Shown here piece by piece: positions 1 through 14,135 of a stretch of 64,000 nucleotides of DNA. The DNA is taken from contig OX597820.1 in assembly GCA_951406725.2 (NCBI GenBank), positions 124,310,001-124,374,000 of the forward strand. Reading direction: 5' to 3'. The stretch is from Octopus vulgaris (Eukaryota). Position 1 is the first letter of the stretch; every line of letters begins with the position of its first letter. A model generated the notes under the pieces. The model was given only the letters and a program-made list of their open reading frames with translations. It was not told where the DNA came from and made no database searches. The translations under genes and the position numbers were made by a program.

Positions 1-99
<99 letters not shown>

Positions 100-866
100 C
101 CTTGAAAACACTGTCGTTTTGAAATACGTTGTTGTTTGAAATAAGGAACACACACTGGGCACGTAGAACTGAAATTGAGGTTTAGGAACTTAAATAAAAT
201 ACTTATGTTTTTAATCGTTTCAACATTGAACTAAGGTCTTGCTGGAGGACTACAGGACCACTCCCGCAACTATAAAAAATATTACTATCTTCATGGCAGC
301 TTTTATTGTTAAGGGTGTTTCTGGAATTACATAACACATTTTAAAACGTCCATAGACTAAAAAGCGATTAAACTGAAAGTCTACACTTTCGATGGGAGGG
401 TACGTACGCGTTCTGATTTCAACCACGACATATCGGCATGCATAATGTTGAACGTTAAACACAGAATGCTTGAAATTGTCACCTGCAAATCAGCAAAGAA
501 GCATGCATTTTATGGAAGTAAGAAATCAATTTCCATGAAGCACCTGTAATTAAAATAATTACTTTAAATATAATTAAGATGTCTGATATTATTCCTTTTC
601 TATTACAATTATATTCCGTGCAAGTCTATTTCAGCAACACATATTTATTCATCACACAATTAAAATGGCAGCAATGATAGAGTAAAGTGAAAGTGATATT
701 TGTATATCGCATGTGTTTTTTTTTCTTTTAAACTAAGTGCTAATCATTTTAGAATTTTTGAATTGCTAATTGCATTAAAATAACTTGCTGAATATTTCAA
801 CAGTAACAGACACGAGCCCACACATATTTATACACAAGTATATATATATATTCAATGTATCAATAT

Positions 867-920
<54 letters not shown>

Positions 921-1572
921 TACATACATACATACATACATACATACATACATACATACATACATACATACATACATACATACATACATGCATGTATGTA
1001 CATATCGCTGTGTGCATGGGATTGTCTAAGTATAATACGTAGTGTAATCAGATAAATTACGTAAAAAAAATTAATTCGTTAATTCTATTAAAAATTTTAT
1101 TTTGAACAGTTTTAGGCAATTATTTTCTCTTGAATTCTTTTTTTTTTGTTGTTTTGTTTTGATTTTCAATTATATTCCACTTAAGCAATTTACATATTAT
1201 TTACATTTGATAGTATTAAATGTGAAATCATCTCAGTGATATATGCATGTCGATTCGCATTATGCTAAAGGTTGATATACGAGTTTACGTTTGACAGGTT
1301 ATAAATGAACTGTGCATTAACGTCAGTTGATCATGTATAGAGATTATTGTAAATACAGCAGTCCTCTTAGTGCCACACAGAACGAGACACGCACATATAT
1401 TTTGTTTTTGTTCAAACAATAAATTTCTCTAATCATGTTAGGCTATTACACTAGTAACAGTAGACACAATCCTCTTGGTGATTCATTATGTAACCAAGGG
1501 CATGTAATATTCTTAGACGCATATACATTTCAATCATACGCTTCCTTGCGTATGTCTATACGCATACATCTA

Positions 1573-1720
1573 CGTAGCTGTGTGGTAAAAAGCTTGCTCC
1601 TCAACGACATGTTTCGAGGTTCAGTTTTGCTGCGTGGTTCGTTGGTCTATTGTCTTCTACTATATCTACAGGCTGACAAAAGCCTTTAAATGAATTGGGT
1701 AGATGGCAGCTGAAAGAAGC

Positions 1721-1799
<79 letters not shown>

Positions 1800-1818
1800 T
1801 GGATGGATAGATAGATAG

Positions 1819-1863
<45 letters not shown>

Positions 1864-2110
1864 TGGATAGATAGATAAATAGACAGATATGTGTGTGAGA
1901 GTGAGGGAGTGTGTGTCTGTATGTCTTTATGTGAGTGTGTGTCCTCTATCACAGTTTGACAACCGGTATTGGCGTAGCGGTACGGGAAAAGAGACTGATA
2001 GAATACATTCTTAGTTTTAAAAAGTAAGTCCCGTGGTCGACTTGTTCGACTAAAATCTTTCGAGGTGGTGCCCCAGCATAGCCGCTGTCAAATGACTGAA
2101 AGAAGTAAAA
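1573..2110 (+). mobile_element. tRNA-derived CORE-type SINE with internal microsatellite
   Basis: tRNA-like head (gctgtgtggtaaaaagcttgc...ggttcag), body gtcttctactata...gaaagaagccc, (TA)n/(GT)n middle, tail ggtcgacttgttcgactaaa...ggtgccccagcatagccgctgtcaaatgactgaaa. The same modules recur at 2365-2815, 35555-35683 and 52690-52895. Confidence 0.75.
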
Positions 2111-2123
2111 AATATAATGATAA

Positions 2124-2354
<231 letters not shown>

Positions 2355-2364
2355 GCGTGTGTAT

Positions 2365-2514
2365 GTGTTAGTGTAGCAAAAATGCACCAACCACATAGCT
2401 CCAGGTTCAGTCCCACTAAATGGCACCTTAGGCCAGTGTTTTCGGCCCGACCGCAATGTTTTGAGTGGATTTGGTAGAATGGAAACTAATAGAATCCGGA
2501 CGTATATACATATA

Positions 2515-2551
<37 letters not shown>

Positions 2552-2552
2552 G

Positions 2553-2609
<57 letters not shown>

Positions 2610-2815
2610 CGTGTCTTTGTGTGTTTATCCTCCTCCACCTATCATCGCTTCACAACCGATTCTGGTGAGTTTCCGTTCCCGTAATTTAGCGGTTAGGTAA
2701 AAAAAGAGACCGACAGAATAAGTTCTAGGCTTAGAAAGAATAGGCCATGTGGTCGATTTGTCCGACTAAATGTAGTGCTCGAGCATGGCCGCAGTCAAAT
2801 GATTGATAAAAAGTG
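2365..2815 (+). mobile_element. second copy of the same CORE-type SINE
   Basis: ggttcagtcccactaaatggcaccttaggccagtg CORE-like block, microsatellite middle, and a tail homologous to 1940-2110. Confidence 0.75.
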
Positions 2816-3650
2816 AAGAGAAGAGATAAAAGAAAGTTGGAGCAACAATCTTGAGAAAAAATACTAAATCCTTTTCTGAACATCAATATATTAATTTAGA
2901 TTTTTCTGACGTGGCATATCATTCATATGACTATCGAAATTATACAATTAATAAAAGAAGCATAAAGAGATACGTTACATAGAACTGTACGCCTGTTTAA
3001 GGTTCCTTCAGTTGCCTCTAATTCACTGTCTACAGAGTTAAATACTTAAACTAATGGTGTTAATCGGTAATTGCCAGTGAATCTATTTACTTCAGTTCTT
3101 TCCTCAATTAAAGACGCTGATAATAAGCTGTGCACTAATTTCCATGCGAGACTAAACACCCATACGCGAATTTCCATATGTAATAATAACGAATTTACCG
3201 GGGATTTTAGTCGCATAACCAGTGACGTTTGCAGTCTGCTTAAATGAAATATTTGGTTATAAAATTACATTACATCTTCCGGAAGATACAGAAAAAATAT
3301 TAACAAAGATTTTTCAAAAGAAATCGTTAGCATATTGGCGATACATACATTCATACATACACGCTAGCACACCTTCCCACGTTCATGCACATATATATAT
3401 ATTTATGAGTGTGCGTGCTTTTAAATAGTCAAAGATTTAGTTATGTATGGAACCAAAGGAAAAATGGAGGAGGATGCCTCGATATATAAATGCACATAAT
3501 GTGCTTTTAAGAAGTGCACGTACAATTAATTGACTAATAAGGAAGTGGGAAATCAAAATATTACTGCAAGCATTATTAGTTACACATTAATAGATTGATG
3601 TATGCACTCGCATACACACATTCACATACATGTGTATACATAAATATATA

Positions 3651-3687
<37 letters not shown>

Positions 3688-3698
3688 TACGATTGTGC

Positions 3699-3736
<38 letters not shown>

Positions 3737-4098
3737 GTGTATAGGTATTTTTATGTCATATTTTTACATCAAAATCAATGTTATTAATTTCGCCCGACCA
3801 TCATCGTCTAAGTGTCTGTGCTTTTATCATTTTGTATAAAATTTGCTTTTTTTTTCATCTGTATTCAATCAACGCAATTTTAGATTAACATAAGTGATCC
3901 TTCCATGTGGGCTACTTGATTAAAACAGCACAAATCAATATTGTGTCATCCACATTCTTTTCAAATAATTTTAGAACAGAAGAAATCTCTCTCTTTATTT
4001 CTTGGATTTATCTTTCTCTTCTCTTCCATTTCCAAAGCAATCGATAAATGCTAACCTAGATACAGTTTGTGTTTTAATCGACTATTGAAAGCCGTGTG

Positions 4099-4172
<74 letters not shown>

Positions 4173-4177
4173 CAGAT

Positions 4178-4266
<89 letters not shown>

Positions 4267-4708
4267 GTGTGTCTGTGTGTGTATGTATGTATGTATGTAT
4301 GTATATGTATATATTGTATTTTTATTTGCAAAGAGAAGTTGGTCGCATCTGATTAAGTTATTTCGTTTGTTTTATTTTAGATATACGAAAGCTCCATTAT
4401 ATTTCGTGATTACATCAGATATTAATATTTTCTTCTTAGCAACTAACTTCATTTTCTTTCGCAATATTTTGAGGCAAAGTAGTGAACAGTAAATTATTGG
4501 AACATAAATTGCATTCCTTTCTAATTGAAATAGATAATTAACGAAAATAAATAATTAATTTTGTATGAAAAAATATTCAAAAAATACACAAATTTCTTAA
4601 TGCTTTTTTTTCCCCCAGTGATGATTTGTATAACATCTGAGGTTGTTGCAGTTTAAAACGATGTGTGCACGCGTATACATGTAGCACTATATACAAAGAA
4701 ACATGCAA

Positions 4709-4771
<63 letters not shown>

Positions 4772-4899
4772 CTTTTGTTTGTATATGTTTATATGTGTGA
4801 TGTCAAAATAATTCAATGATTATCTAATGCTAATATGGATTTTTTGACGATTTTGTTGCTGAACACATAAAAGCAGCTTATATTATATTTATTCTCTTT

Positions 4900-6340
4900 G
4901 TCTTTGTTTCTCCCGCTTTCAATGCAGCATCGATAAATGCGCATCATCTACATGCAGCACTGCTATAAGCCATGCAATTATCCTGCTCACAGTCCGGGCA
5001 CAAATCCTCCAAGTACTAGTCTCCCCTCCTCAACAGGATTTCGATAGTTTGTCAGGATTCCTCGCCATATTGTGATTTCCATTTTAGAGAGGGTCTGCTT
5101 AGTGCATTCATTGCCATGAGTTGTACATATATGTTTCACTTCCGTTGGTTCACGTTGATAGCATCCTGTAGGCTACTAAGCTCGGATGTTTCCGAGGCCT
5201 CTTCATTCATGATGTGGAATTGTCAAGAATTTCTTTGGATGCAGCATCTGTGTCGGTGTATCATTCTGCTTGTCTTTTTCCACTCACAGATCAATATGCC
5301 ACATTCAACGAGACGATTGATGTATATGAATAGAATTTGTTGCAGAGGCTGATGGCTGATTTGAAACCCAGAGTTCACTCGCTGAAATCTGTCTTCAGCT
5401 ATGTCGAGAATCTTCGCCAGTTCACTGCCAGAGTAATATTACAGCTTACTTACATGAACAAAACAAAGTTATTCAGAATCTGGTCTTTGAAACGAACGAG
5501 CCGTTGCCCTGTCTCACCATAAAACCTTCATTTTAAAGTTTTCCTAGATGTTCCTGTGGAGTTTGAATGTGGCCATGTCATACATAAGGCGAAACATCAC
5601 GTCAGCAATGCCAATTCTCTGAGTTTTCCCTGTGGAACGCTAAGAGTTGCTCTGGATGACATCCATACAGACACAAAAAAGTGTGAATTAAACCTCTGTG
5701 ACATATCTTTTCTGATAACGACAACATATCTGCGATATCATCTTTAGTTCTCATGCAACAATGTGTCCACTAGTTAAGTGATAGCTCGATTTTCAATGCA
5801 CGCTGTCGAAGGTTATTTTGAAGTCGGTGATGTTGCCCACGAATCACTGCTTGAATTGCAACTCAGTTTGATATGGACGTGGTCACTGCACGACCTTACT
5901 CTGTAGAATTTAAATTGTTCTTCTCATATATATCCAGCAACCGCTTTCTTCAGGCGTGTAATTATGTCACCGCAGAACACTTGGGAGAGATACACATTAA
6001 TATTACACGGTGCCGGTGCGCCCTAAATGATAATTTCTGGAGCCACGCTATCACTCCGTTACTCTTGGCTTCAATCACTTACTCTTCGTTCCATATCATG
6101 CTTGCAAAATATGATCTCAGACAGCGGGGACATTTCCACGGTGTTTTCGCCTTTCCACAGGTAATCCACCCAATCTTGCTGTCTTGTTGTTCTTAAATAG
6201 CCAAAAAGCTGTTGCGACATATTCCGTTGAGAGTTCCACATATGCCATTCACAAATGATCACCTACTTGACTCTGTTAATTCGCAGTGTAACGGGTCTGC
6301 CTTATTCGAGTGTGTGAGCCGTTTATAGATGTGTTCCAAC
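4900..6340 (-). pseudogene. decayed RTE-like LINE reverse transcriptase fragment
   Basis: Higher GC than the flanks. Minus-strand relics TDFKITFDS (about 5805-5830, cf. DFxKAFDS) and an LRELx(F)AD-like segment (about 5600-5625) lie in RT order. Heavily frameshifted, boundaries approximate. Confidence 0.55.
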
Positions 6341-6623
6341 GTCCTAGTACATTTTTAACTCGCACATTAGCAAAGTAAAATTACATTCACATATAATAGG
6401 TATATATGAACAATGTCTCGCTTTTTTCAGGTCTTTCACATGTTGATTCAAACACAATTAAATTAGATCTTCATTCTATGGCAATAACGGATACAGAAAT
6501 ACTGATCAAGTATTATTAATTTATAATCGTTCTCCATCTCATATTTAACAAGAGAAAGAAATCGGATAGATTCACGAAGCAGGAAAGTACATATAGTTAA
6601 ATAGTTCCATTATATGTATGCTT

Positions 6624-6698
<75 letters not shown>

Positions 6699-6744
6699 CC
6701 TGTACACACACATATAGTTTATATGCATACATACATATATATGG

Positions 6745-7570
6745 GTTGAAAAGGAATACACGAGTTGATACCGGTTTCAGTCATTGAGACTTTTTCAACT
6801 CTAAGTATGGAAAAAAATTAAATTTTGGAAAAATTCAACGAAAAGTTTTTTCAACGAACATTTGCATAAGATTAAAATGCATGGCTTATTTTCCTTGTTT
6901 CTCTCTGTCTCTTTCTCCCTTGTTTATTCTTGTGGGTTCGAGGTCGTTGTGGACTTTTGGCAGAGAAGAAGAAGAAAAGAATGCGGGAGTGGTATGATAG
7001 TAGTAGGATGATAAACAGTGAAGTGCCCTGAAAGTGACTTGCTGTGGATTGTAGTAGTGATTGAATTCTTGAGATATCTCTTTTGAATGTATTTTTTATA
7101 TCTGTGTATGTGTTATTCTAAACAGCAGTAGTAGTAAAGTAGGGAAATACGTGGCGGAGAGGAAGAAGACGAACAAAAAGGAGGTGAAGGAGGAGAAGTG
7201 AAAGAATAATAAAATAGTGCGAGATGGTATGATCAGGTCGTGGTGGATATGTAATTTGTTGCAGATGCGTTCAAAATGGGTCTGTATTTTTGATAAAGAA
7301 GTACCCTTTACTAATTCGTTGGCTACAGGTTCTATCGCCCCTGAATTGATAAAGGAGAAAAATTCTGAAGCTTGGATTTTTGCTATTTGCGCAAATGTCG
7401 ATGTGTTGGCAGCATGTTACCTTGCTGCTTTTCAGACTGTTTATCTGGGATCTGTGCAGAGCGATCATTTGATCCGTAGACTGTTTTCTACTTGGCCGAT
7501 GAATATTTCAAAGCTATACATAGACAAACCGAGAACAATACGTTTAGTGTGTATATCAGGTTCTCCGATA
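6745..7570 (-). mobile_element. decayed Penelope-like element 3' end (GIY-YIG tail plus pLTR)
   Basis: Minus-strand relics FIGQVENSLR and HIDICANSKNPSFRIF...RISKGYFFIKNTDPF resemble PLE endonuclease C-termini. A degenerate hammerhead (TTGAAAA-agtc/gact-GAAA-ccgg-TA) lies at 6762-6802. Both ends are flanked by (TA)n. Confidence 0.65.
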
Positions 7571-7593
7571 TATATATGAATCTCTTATAGATA

Positions 7594-7680
<87 letters not shown>

Positions 7681-7809
7681 ATATATATATATCTATCTAT
7701 CTATCTATCTATAGATAGATAATATATATATCTATATATCTATTTATCTATCTATCGATTGTATCTCTGACTATTTATTAAAATTTTCTCTCTCTCTCTC
7801 TCTCTCTCT

Positions 7810-7847
<38 letters not shown>

Positions 7848-7985
7848 CGGAGATGTACTCGCATAGCAAGTAATTTGATCTGAGATCGTGTGCTGAAACG
7901 AAAACAATTGCAACGTGGAAGGTGTTTATAAGCCATTTAAGAAACACACAAAAGCCGTTCGATTCACTTCAACATTTAAGTTTAA

Positions 7986-8035
7986 TTTGTCAAAATATTT
8001 TCGTCGCTAAAATCCGCGACCTGTTCACTGACAAA
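7986..8035 (-). ncRNA. type I hammerhead ribozyme, G3-C8 core variant, in PLE pLTR
   Basis: Minus strand: TTTGTCA-GTGAACA-G-GTCGC(ggatttta)GCGAC-GAAA-ATA-TTT-TGACAAA, giving a 7-bp stem I, a 5-bp stem II and a palindromic mini stem III. Confidence 0.7.
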
Positions 8036-9064
8036 GTCCGTGCTGCATCTAAGAAAGTAACAGTTAGTTCGTCATATATATGTACGTATGTATGTGTGTA
8101 TGTATGCATACATGTGTGTATGTATGCACGTATGCATGTACGCACATACGCCTGTGTATGCATGTATGTATGTATGTATGTATGTATGTATGTATGTATG
8201 TATGTATATATGTATGTGTGTGTATATGCACGCACATACACTCTATAAAACATAAAGCTATAAACCTGTAGCGATGGATGGATGTAGAGTGACCACTCAT
8301 CACAAAGCTATCAAATTTCAACTTCCTACGGCCGAAGCTAGAAAGTGAATTTATGACGCTTACTCCCCAAAACTATACCCTAAAATCTATTATCAGAATT
8401 TTTATCTCTATATCACAGAACTAATGTTTTACTATTGTGCGTATGTATGTATGTATGTATGTATGTATGTATGTATGTATGTATGTATGTATGTATGTAT
8501 GTATGTATGTATGTATGTATGTATGTATGTATGTATGTATGTGTGTATGTGTGTATGTACATACGTACGCATGTGCGTATGTATGTATACGCGCTCGTGT
8601 GCATGTGCCCATGTATGTGTGTGCGTACATGTACGTGCGTATGTACGTGTGTATGCCCATACGTAGGTATGTATGTATGTTTGTATTCATGTGCTACGTA
8701 TGTATGTGAGTGTCTAGGAGAATGGGCAGATGTGTCTGTGAGAGTGTGTACATGTGTATGTGTATGTGAACGTATGTCCGTGTACTGGCATGTGTCCGTC
8801 CAAGTTGTGTACATGACTGTTACTTTGCTGAAGGTTGTATACATATTTACATATATGTTTGTATAGACGCACACACACATATATATATGTGTGTGGGTGT
8901 GTGTTTGTTCCTCTCATCATCGTCTAACCGTGAATGGATACAACGCCTAGGTGCAACTGTTCGTATCAAACAACGTCTGCTCATACCGTTGTATATAACT
9001 GCACATACGCGTTGCAACCCGTATGTAAGGACTACAGGTAAAAGGTAGAGAGAGAGAGGGGTGG

Positions 9065-12000
9065 TTATAGAATAGTCCTTCTGAATGGGATCTGGATGTT
9101 ATTCCATTCGGACTTTCGGTTGAGAGTAGGTTTGTATTCTTGTATACAAGCAGCTTCTGTGACCTGTCTCATCATTGCATCGGTGGGGTGTGTTGATAGG
9201 ATGTTCAACTTAAGCTCCCCTAAGGATCCCTTGTGGCAGTCTACAGCATGTTGGTAGAAGATGGAGTTTGGCTTCCTTTCAATGTAGTTGTCCAGGTGTT
9301 CTTTGAACCTATCATTGATGCTTCTAGAGGTCTCACTTATGTATGACTCTGGGTTAGTCGCGCAAGCTCCCTCCTGGCACTTAATCTGGTATACAGTGCC
9401 CTTGGTTTTACAATTTACATGTGGATTCGTCGAACATACTGCACAATTACTTTGACAGGTGATTCTATCAAATGGATATGATCTGCATAATGCCGATTTG
9501 ATAGTCCTACCTGTCTTTTCTACAACTTTAACTTTTAGGCCCGTAGTGCGCAGGACTTTCTTGAATGCCTTACTTAGCTCGTTCTTAGGTGTGGCGTCAA
9601 CGAACATCACTCCGTGAAATCTCCTGTTATCGTACCAAGTAACGTTTCTCATCTTTTTGTTGGTGTCCCTCTCTAACCTATTCCAGAACTTGTTGCGGTA
9701 CAGGGGGCATATACCGTTTTCGTCGTTCCTTAGAATGCGTTCGAATCTAGCTTTCGCTCCTTTGTACACCCTGACTCTATCGTCTTGTGTGTATCCGGAG
9801 CGTTGCATTCGGAATATGTAGTGCTGGATGTGTTGTTGTCGTTCTTGTGGTTGGCATAGTGGTGATACATTCCTCATTACTCTAACTAAGTCTGCCACTA
9901 GGATGTTGAGTTTGGCAGTATCCGACATAGCTGAGTCACTACGGATTACTAGTGGATTAGCCATCGGTTTCTGATAGTGTGAGTGGAGTATACATGGTTT
10001 AATGGTACCATTAACCATAGCATCTTCCATCCATAGCTCAGTATCTAGGACGGGTAATCGTTTACTGGGGTGTTTAGAGGGGTAGTCTATGGTAAGTTTT
10101 ATACTGCTGTGGATAGAGTCAGCTATGTGTTGTATAGATGTCATCACCTGTTCTTCACTGGGTAGAGGGCCCATAACTGTGTCTGTATTATATTTCACAA
10201 CAAGGTTAATGTCGTCGACGTAACGAGAGTACATAGCCAAGTGGATGTTACGGTTTGCTAGGCACTGTTTAAAACACTTGTCCCACCATACCATGAAGAG
10301 GTTAGCAACGTCACCGGCGATCCCCACTCCAATAGCACCGCCTTTCGTTTGCTTATACAGTTTGTTGTCAAATTTAAAAATATGTGTTTTTAGCGTAAAT
10401 CTCAGGCTGACACCGATAGCATGTGCGATGGTGGTTCTAATATCGTGTGCACTTGAGGGTGGGTAGTCCGGCTTTGTCCATCCCTGCCAGCGCTCACAGT
10501 GAGTCTTCCTGTAAGCTGAGGTAATGGTTGGTGGTCTACCGCGTTTGTTACGGGTGGGACAAGCATATAGAAGGTTATTGCGCGACAGGTATTCATTGGT
10601 ACACGTCAGGGCCAGGAAGAGCCCTAGTTCATATACATCCACATTCTTAAATATCATACCACTCTCACTAACTATTTCTATACATTTATCGACAGCAAAG
10701 TCTATATCGATGGAGGGGTATAGTGATACCACATCCATGCTACCCACGATGTGGTTCTTGAGGTCACACGTGTTGTTGCATTCGCGGATCCTGCTAAGGA
10801 GGTCCTCAGTACTGTCACATACATCCGCAGATAGTTCTATTAACGGTCGTAGGAATTGTGAGAGAAAGTATGATATTTTGTGGTTGTTTGCATTGTTGGC
10901 ACCACAAACGGGTCAGGTGGGTGGCCCAAGTATATGATCCGTGTGGCTCTTGTGATCTTTGCGAAGGCCATATAGGGGTGGGATTTCGTTGTTGGTGGTT
11001 AAGAAGTTGTTAGCTGTGCGCTTCTCCGACTGGAGAATTATACTCCACATCCCCATGTGAGCATTGACGATCTTTTCGTTCTCGATATATTCGAGTGTTG
11101 TGGTTTCTGTCATGTCTCTGATGTGTGGTTGCATGTTCGAGATGTAATTAGGTATGTTGTCAACAGACATCCTACCTGATTTGTCAGTCGGGAAACATAC
11201 AATCTCTCTGTTTTTGATGCGTCTTTTTAATATGTTAAGGCCTTTCTTAATTTTGGTGTTAAGATCGTGGGTCTTATTTATTGATCGTTCTTGTATATGC
11301 CTTTGGGTGTAATTGGAGAAGGCTGATAGAATCTTGGCTTTAGTAAGTGTAAACTTCGCTTCCAAAGCAGCGTCAGTATAGGGTGGCATGCATACTCTTT
11401 TGTTGAAGGGTAAGTTGGTAGGGTAGACCCTTTTCATGTCGAATGACATGTCACTTTTATCATAAAAGCAACGGTTATAGTCAGGCATGTATTGTGTGTC
11501 AGGATTTTGGTTGTGGTTGTGGTTGTGGTTTAGATTAAAGTGTGTTCTCCATCTAAGTTTGGTGAAGCACTTCTCAATGTCAGATAGTATAGAGATCTTA
11601 CTAACCTTATTATAGGTGGCGAACTTTGGAGGAAGTTCCAGGGCCGCGAGTTCATTAGTATCCAGTTGTACTCCACCGTACACTCTTACGTTACTTGTTA
11701 GCTGGTCGTCCTCTACTGGTTTGTCATTCATAGAGATCCCATCAATCGATTCAGTTTTGACAAACTGTTTAGTTGTTTTTTTGTTGTATGGTAGTTGTAT
11801 CGTCCATGTCAGTTTCTCTTCAAAGTGTTGTACGCACATGTTCCATACAGAGTTACTTTCACGACGGAGTAGTACTTTCAACTGTTTGAATTCTTGATTA
11901 GTAAGTAAGTCCTTCACTTTAGCGAGGGCATCTCGCTTTTCCTTGTCTTTAGTGGCAAGGTGTGTGTATAGCTCGGACTTCAGGTTCGTCATTAAAATAC

Positions 12001-12207
12001 GTTTTAGTCTCGACGCTTGTCCCTTCTTCAGGTTCAGTGCTTCGACTGTATTGTAAATCATTTTTGGGTAAACCTTCAGTGAGATGCAGTGTCAATGAAA
12101 TGAAGCTGTTGCTTAGCTGTTATTCTTCTCAAGCAACAAGTAACGGCTGTCCTCAGAGTTTTGGTAGCCTGGCTCAATCTTTCGGAATTACGGAGATGTA
12201 CTCGCAT
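9065..12207 (-). pseudogene. PLE polyprotein (RT + Cys-rich linker + GIY-YIG endonuclease), disabled
   Basis: Motifs CFPTDKSG, LYGLRKDHK, GSMDVVSLYPSI, QTKGGAIG, YSRYVDD, CxxxCxxC and VYQIKC...YISETSRS...RFKEH. ORFs 10913-12061 and 9065-10747 are in the same frame, split by one TGA (10913-10915). An upstream ATG at 12207 (MRVHLRNSERLSQ...) joins through a frameshift near 12090. YIG reads YIS. Confidence 0.92.
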
Positions 12208-12212
12208 AGCAA

Positions 12213-12244
<32 letters not shown>

Positions 12245-12746
12245 TTCTAAATATGATAATTATTACATGACACTCGGGATGATATTTCGTAAATTAAAAT
12301 TCGCATGCAAACACTCAATTCCCACAGGGAATCCGCCATAGAATCTCAGGAAATACGATGTATCTACGAATGAAATGATATTTCTATAGAAATAAAATGA
12401 AACACGAGTTTTCATCGTAGGGTGGGTTGGAAAATTTAATCTTGGCGACACGCGCGTCTAAAATGTGTTTGAAGTTTTTGCTAGATGTTTTCTTTGTTTC
12501 CTAAATACTAAACGTAATATGTACTAGTTATAACTTTGGTGCATACTAGGATTTGCAAGAGACACAAGACTAGCAAACGACTGTATTGCCTTATATGGAC
12601 CTCTGCACTGACCTGTGGGAATCACTCACAAAACATGTTTTCGCAGTAATCAGCATAGCCAAATGTATGCGGAAATGCCTCTTGTTTGACAGGCGTAGAT
12701 CTATTTCACCACACTTGGTCTGTCTTTCTGCCTGCTTATCTTTCTA

Positions 12747-12853
<107 letters not shown>

Positions 12854-12886
12854 CTCTATCTATCTGTCTGTCTGTCTCTCTGTCTG

Positions 12887-12953
<67 letters not shown>

Positions 12954-12986
12954 CTCTATCTATCTGTCTGTCTGTCTCTCTGTCTG

Positions 12987-13057
<71 letters not shown>

Positions 13058-14135
13058 ATCTAACTGTCCGTCTATCAAAGTTTTTGCGCACACAGACAAA
13101 CACAGACACTCACAACACACACGAACATACACACAGACGTGCGTGCGTTTGTACGCCATGCATATCTATATATATATTGAACCAAACTCGTTAATGGTTA
13201 ACTACTCTTAACACCACACTCGCAGTTTTTTAAAGCACAAAATATCACAGAACTTATTTCGCACTCTTCAACTAAGATCAAAACAATCTTTTTTCCTCTA
13301 AGAACGATCTGAACTATTCCTTCATTTCTTACTTCCACTGACAGTTAAATACTCTTCGCTAATCTGCACTGGCACATTTGCGTCCCATATTCGACACTTT
13401 GTCTCTTCAAAATATTTATACATACCAACAGATATATATATTACTTTATTTTTAGTCAACACGTATTGCTTTTCCGAAACAGGTCAATCAAAACTAAGTC
13501 TTTTATCGTAGTGTTTATGACCAGAGTGATCTACTAACGCCAACGTTCCTGCAGACATTCATATAAATAGACAACACACTGTATGGTCATGAGTTTGTTT
13601 TCGATCACATAAATTCACATTCTCTATTACTATCCAATTTAACAGAACTGCAATCTTTCAGCATTTTTGGCATCAATTAATATTTTCATTTTAAGCCTCC
13701 TCCATCATATGTCAGTAAAATTAGAATATTAGAAAAAAAAAGCAAATGAATCAAAACATAGTAAAATAAAATATTTTTCAGACTAGTTTTATGTCAACAT
13801 GATAACGTTTGTTGCATGGAATTTTTACTCTTTTCTATTTATTAATGGGAAAATACAACAACTGATATTTGTTTAAAAATAGATGCTTAAAGAAACCATA
13901 GTGTGCTTCTGTCTTGAAGGAAAGACTGAAATTGTAATTGCTCTTCTCTCTTTCCTTTCCCACATGTTTCTTTCTATATACTTCTATACATATGTGTGTG
14001 TATACCTATAACTATATACACATAACACACTCAAACACACACACACACACGCACACACATATATTATTTATATATACTATGCATATTTTCGTACATAAGT
14101 ATGCATATACACACATGCATATTCATATATAAGCA

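Larger units (their letters stand above)
7844..12215 (-). mobile_element. near full-length Penelope-like retroelement (Naiad-like) inserted in (TA)n
   Basis: RT plus GIY-YIG coding region. A 29-bp direct repeat (attacggagatgtactcgcatagcaagta) at 7844-7872 and 12187-12215 contains the start ATG. The 3' pLTR carries a hammerhead. (TA)n lies on both sides. Confidence 0.92.

Noticed and set aside
10913-10915. In-frame TGA in the Naiad-like ORF as selenocysteine or programmed readthrough
   Set aside because: It falls at GPPT*PVC, where PLE RTs have a conserved Arg (RP), so CGA to TGA CpG decay is the simpler explanation. The copy has other lesions and no canonical SECIS was seen.
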